A stretch of 22,643 nucleotides of DNA from Squalus acanthias (Eukaryota): NCBI GenBank assembly GCA_030390025.1, contig JASTWF010000341.1:498001-520643 (forward strand), given 5' to 3'. The notes beneath the pieces are model-generated. The model was not told where the DNA came from and did not search any database. It was given only the letters and a program-made list of their open reading frames with translations. Positions 19,455 to 22,643 of this stretch are shown piece by piece (the first letter of the stretch is position 1; each line of letters starts with the position of its first letter). The position numbers and the translations under genes were made by a program.

Positions 19455-21188
19455 ATTGTATGTTATAAGGGCAGGGCAGTGCACAGCCAATTTGCTTATC
19501 CATTTCAATCATTCCAACACTGGGAGGCGCAGAGCTATGTCAGGTGTTTCTCCACATGGAGAGTTACAGTGGGCTGCACATTTGCTCCTGGTAGTCACAA
19601 AATGTTGGCAGAGACCTGGAAGTAGGTCAGTTGTCTGCCCTCTCAGTCAGGGATAGTACATAACTGAGAGACCAAGAAAGAGGAGAGGAAAAATATGTAG
19701 TATTCTGTTTTATTATCTGTACTGTGACGTATGGCAAATCAGCATGTGAGTCAGCCCAAGCCACTCTCGGTTATATACTGGCTGCTGACTCAAGAATATC
19801 ATTGGCCTGTTTCCTCCTGACTATCTCAGCTTGGGAGTGGTGCAGAGGGACCCAGAGAGTGAAAAAGATAATAAAATACCTTTGAAAAATTAAAATTACA
19901 TTTACAAATGGGATTATATGACAAAACCAGTAGCAAGAACTGAATACTTTTAAACTTTAGTAAATGTATCAGAAAATGAGGTATTCCATTTTTGCCAATA
20001 TATGCTGTGAAAAGTTTAATGTCTTTATTAAATTTGAGCCAGTAATAGTTTTCTTATTAGCAGCAAAGCCATCTAGAAACTTCCTAAAGACATTTTTACT
20101 GATTTAGTTTAGCATTGGTTTCAGCTTTATTAAGATTAGTACCCGTATCTATAATAATCTCACATCATTAGTTTAAAAAAAAATTCTGCTGTGGGACTGA
20201 ACCTAGAAAAACATTTCCGCTGCAGATGTTCTACCTGTCTTGGTCATTACAAGCAGCGGCTTCTCATTTAAACCCATTTTAACAGAACAGGGAATTAAAA
20301 TTGTTCAAATCAAATCATTCTACCTTTATCATAGATCATTAGTTTGTAACTCACAATTGATACTTTACTGAAAGAGCAGAAGAAAAGCCAGGTACTTTCT
20401 TTTATATAAGTCCAATGGCATATTTGATCTGAGTAATTATCATCATGTTTCCATACTACCAGACTTATTCAACATGCGTGAATGTATTGTTTTGAATTAA
20501 ACATGAATGTTTGATAGATTACAGTCAGAGCTCTTTTGCTTTCACTAAGCCCAAATAGTTCTTACTGAATTTATTGAAAACATCCATCATGTTTTCTGTA
20601 GGGGCCAACTTGTAGGGAACAGCTTTTTGATTTAGAAAAAAAACTTTGACATTGTAAATCACAACATTGTGTGTCAGAAATTACAGTCCTTTGATTTTGC
20701 AAAACTGCAATCATGTGGTTTCATTCTTTTCTGTCTGATTGGTACCAGAAAGGAATCTGGATTTAGATTGGTTTTGGTTGCTACAAGGTTAAATCTGTGA
20801 CCACTACATTTTATTCTATATGATAATGACTTGCCTCATACATGCAACCTTACTGTTTATGTATGCTGGCAATACTGATTTGATGTATAAAGTGTCATCT
20901 ATAGATAATACCATGTATTTGTAGTATTGATTAAAGATCTACCAGCAGTAGTTAATTGGCTTAATGATCATTACCTTTGAACACTGATAGATCTAACTAT
21001 TCTGTTTGATTAATCCAGGCTTTAACATTCTATAAACACTTGAAATGCTAGCATTATCTCTATGATTATTATCCAATATTTTTAGATGTTCAGTAGGAAA
21101 CACATTCATATTTAAAATTGTATACACTTAATTTGCCTTTAACAAAGCTACATCTATTTCAATGGAAATTAGTGTAGTTTTGACTTTT

Positions 21189-21395
21189 CATAGAATCATA
21201 GAATGATACCGCACAGAATGAGGCCATTCTGCCCATCGTGCCTGTGGGCTCTTTGAAAGAGCTATCCAATTAGTCCCACTCTGCTCTTTCCCCATAGCCC
21301 TGCAAATTTTTCCTTTTCAAGTATTTATCCAATTCCCTTTTGAAAATTATTATTGAGGATGCTTCCACCACCCTTTCAGGCAGTGCATTCCAGAT
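21189..21395 (-). mobile_element. 3' end fragment of a CR1/HER1-type LINE
   Basis: catagaatcatagaa is the reverse complement of an (ATTCTATG)n-type CR1 tail, followed by gaggccattctgcccatc. The minus strand of 21361-21395 encodes IWNALPERVVEA. Confidence 0.85.
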
Positions 21396-21748
21396 GTTTT
21401 AAAACAACTATTGCAGTTGCAAATGCTTTCATTGTCTGTCTGCTTAACCATCGTTCCATGATTAGGGTAAAGCTTTGCCAAAGTGATATGAAATGCGGAT
21501 TTCTTAAGCTTTGTTTTGACACAACTTTAAAATTTGTATTTGGGGGGGTTTTTGTTGCTAAAAGTTGACTAAAAATGTTAATCCTCACACTGTCAATCAC
21601 TATCAACATATTTGTTATTTAAAGTGTGTGCGCTTGAAAGAATTCAGTATAATTTATTGTTTTTTGTGCGAAAAGTTAAATCTGATTCCAAGTTAAAGGG
21701 GAATGGCATAAATTGTTTGGATCATCCACACAGTAAAACTCTTCAATA

Positions 21749-22069
21749 GGGCAACACGGTGGCATAGTGGTTAGCACTGTTACCTCACAGCGCCAGGGAC
21801 CCGGGTTCGAATCCGGCCTCGGGTGACTGTCTGTGTGGAGTTTACATATTCTCCCCGTGTCTGCGTGGGTTTCCTCCGGGTGCTCCGGTTTCCTCCCACA
21901 GTCCAAAGATGTGCGGGTTAGGTTGATTTGGCTATGATAAATTGACCCTTAGTGTTAGGGGGGATTAAATAAGTGGGGTTACGGGGATAGGGTGGGATAT
22001 GTGTCGGTGCAGGCTCGATGGGCCGAAATGGCCTCTATCTGCACTGTGGGGATTCTGTGATTTCTGTGA
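21749..22069 (+). mobile_element. tRNA-derived SINE of the V-SINE / shark HE1 type
   Basis: Pol III A box TGGCATAGTGG (21760-21770), B box GGTTCGAATCC (21804-21814), V-domain core gtgtggagttt..ttctccccgtgtctgcgtgggtttcctccgggtgctccggtttcctcccaca, and a CR1-derived tail ending gattctgtgatttctgtga. Confidence 0.93.
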
Positions 22070-22588
22070 ATACATAGAATACAGGCTACAGTTAATTCAA
22101 AGTCACATCATTCAGATTACTGGATAATTAGATTTTTTTTCGAGCGCTAAGAAAACCTTTTGTGTCATTTTAATTTGACTACTTAATTTGAACTACTGCA
22201 TATTTCACATTTTGGTGGGAGGGATGGGTAAATGGAGGACACTAATGGAGATCTTGAAGACAGTGATCTCATTGAGAAAATTTAGTAACATCATAAAGTG
22301 CACGATTGAAGCACACAGGGTATATAGCCAACAACTAAATGCTGAGATGAGATTACTGTCTTGAGATCACTCCCATGTATAAAATCTTGTGACAGATATT
22401 CTGGAGTGCAGTTGTGATGAATAGCATGGTCCTATTGTGAGCCATGGAGAGGAGCACAGCAGAGGGCAGACAAATTGAGCATAGTGATGGTCATTGCAGA
22501 CATAACTTTAATAGTAGAACCTTAGAGAAATAAGAGCTTACCTGTTTAATAGCACTGGGAATGTAGCAAACTGATGGCAGCTGGACTT

Positions 22589-22643
22589 CCCATCCACACC
22601 CCCCCTCCCCTCACCTCCCCTCCCCATCCCCTCTCCCCTCCCC
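22589..22643. repeat. (CCCCT)n-like C-rich simple repeat running off the right edge
   Basis: ccccctcccctcacctcccctccccatcccctctcccctcccc. Confidence 0.85.

Noticed and set aside
19510..19860. Possible ancient SINE or repeat remnant
   Set aside because: Moderately GC-rich, but I could not identify A/B boxes, a tail or termini.

Overview
Repeat-rich vertebrate genomic DNA, almost certainly from a cartilaginous fish (shark/ray): it carries an HE1/V-SINE-type tRNA SINE, HER1/CR1-type and L2 LINE ends, and a Penelope-like element. The host gene is on the + strand and is most likely RPGRIP1L (fantom). Two exons (2034-2166 and 4221-4300) splice in frame to give ...DEPEPGQ|VVDDVEESITDSDDCIVPGRLSTHIKQ, matching the segment just before the C-terminal RID/C2 domain (human [24 protein letters not shown], recalled from memory). 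I could not find the next exon, so the rest of the window appears to be one intron of more than 18 kb. The flanking and intronic DNA contains a decayed, intron-containing Myb/SANT gene of a Harbinger-type transposon, several MITEs with 3-bp ATT/AAT, TA or 8-bp target duplications, three pieces of one CR1/Jockey-group LINE family plus a short 5'+3' bipartite derivative, an L2 nested in a CR1, and a LINE 5' end split by both a hAT MITE and a Penelope-like element that carries a degenerate hammerhead ribozyme. Repeat-free stretches rich in PBX/MEIS and homeodomain motifs are candidate conserved enhancers. I see no evidence of a wholly new system. The most notable items are transposon architectures and candidate enhancers. 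Family assignments come from motif recognition, not database searches.
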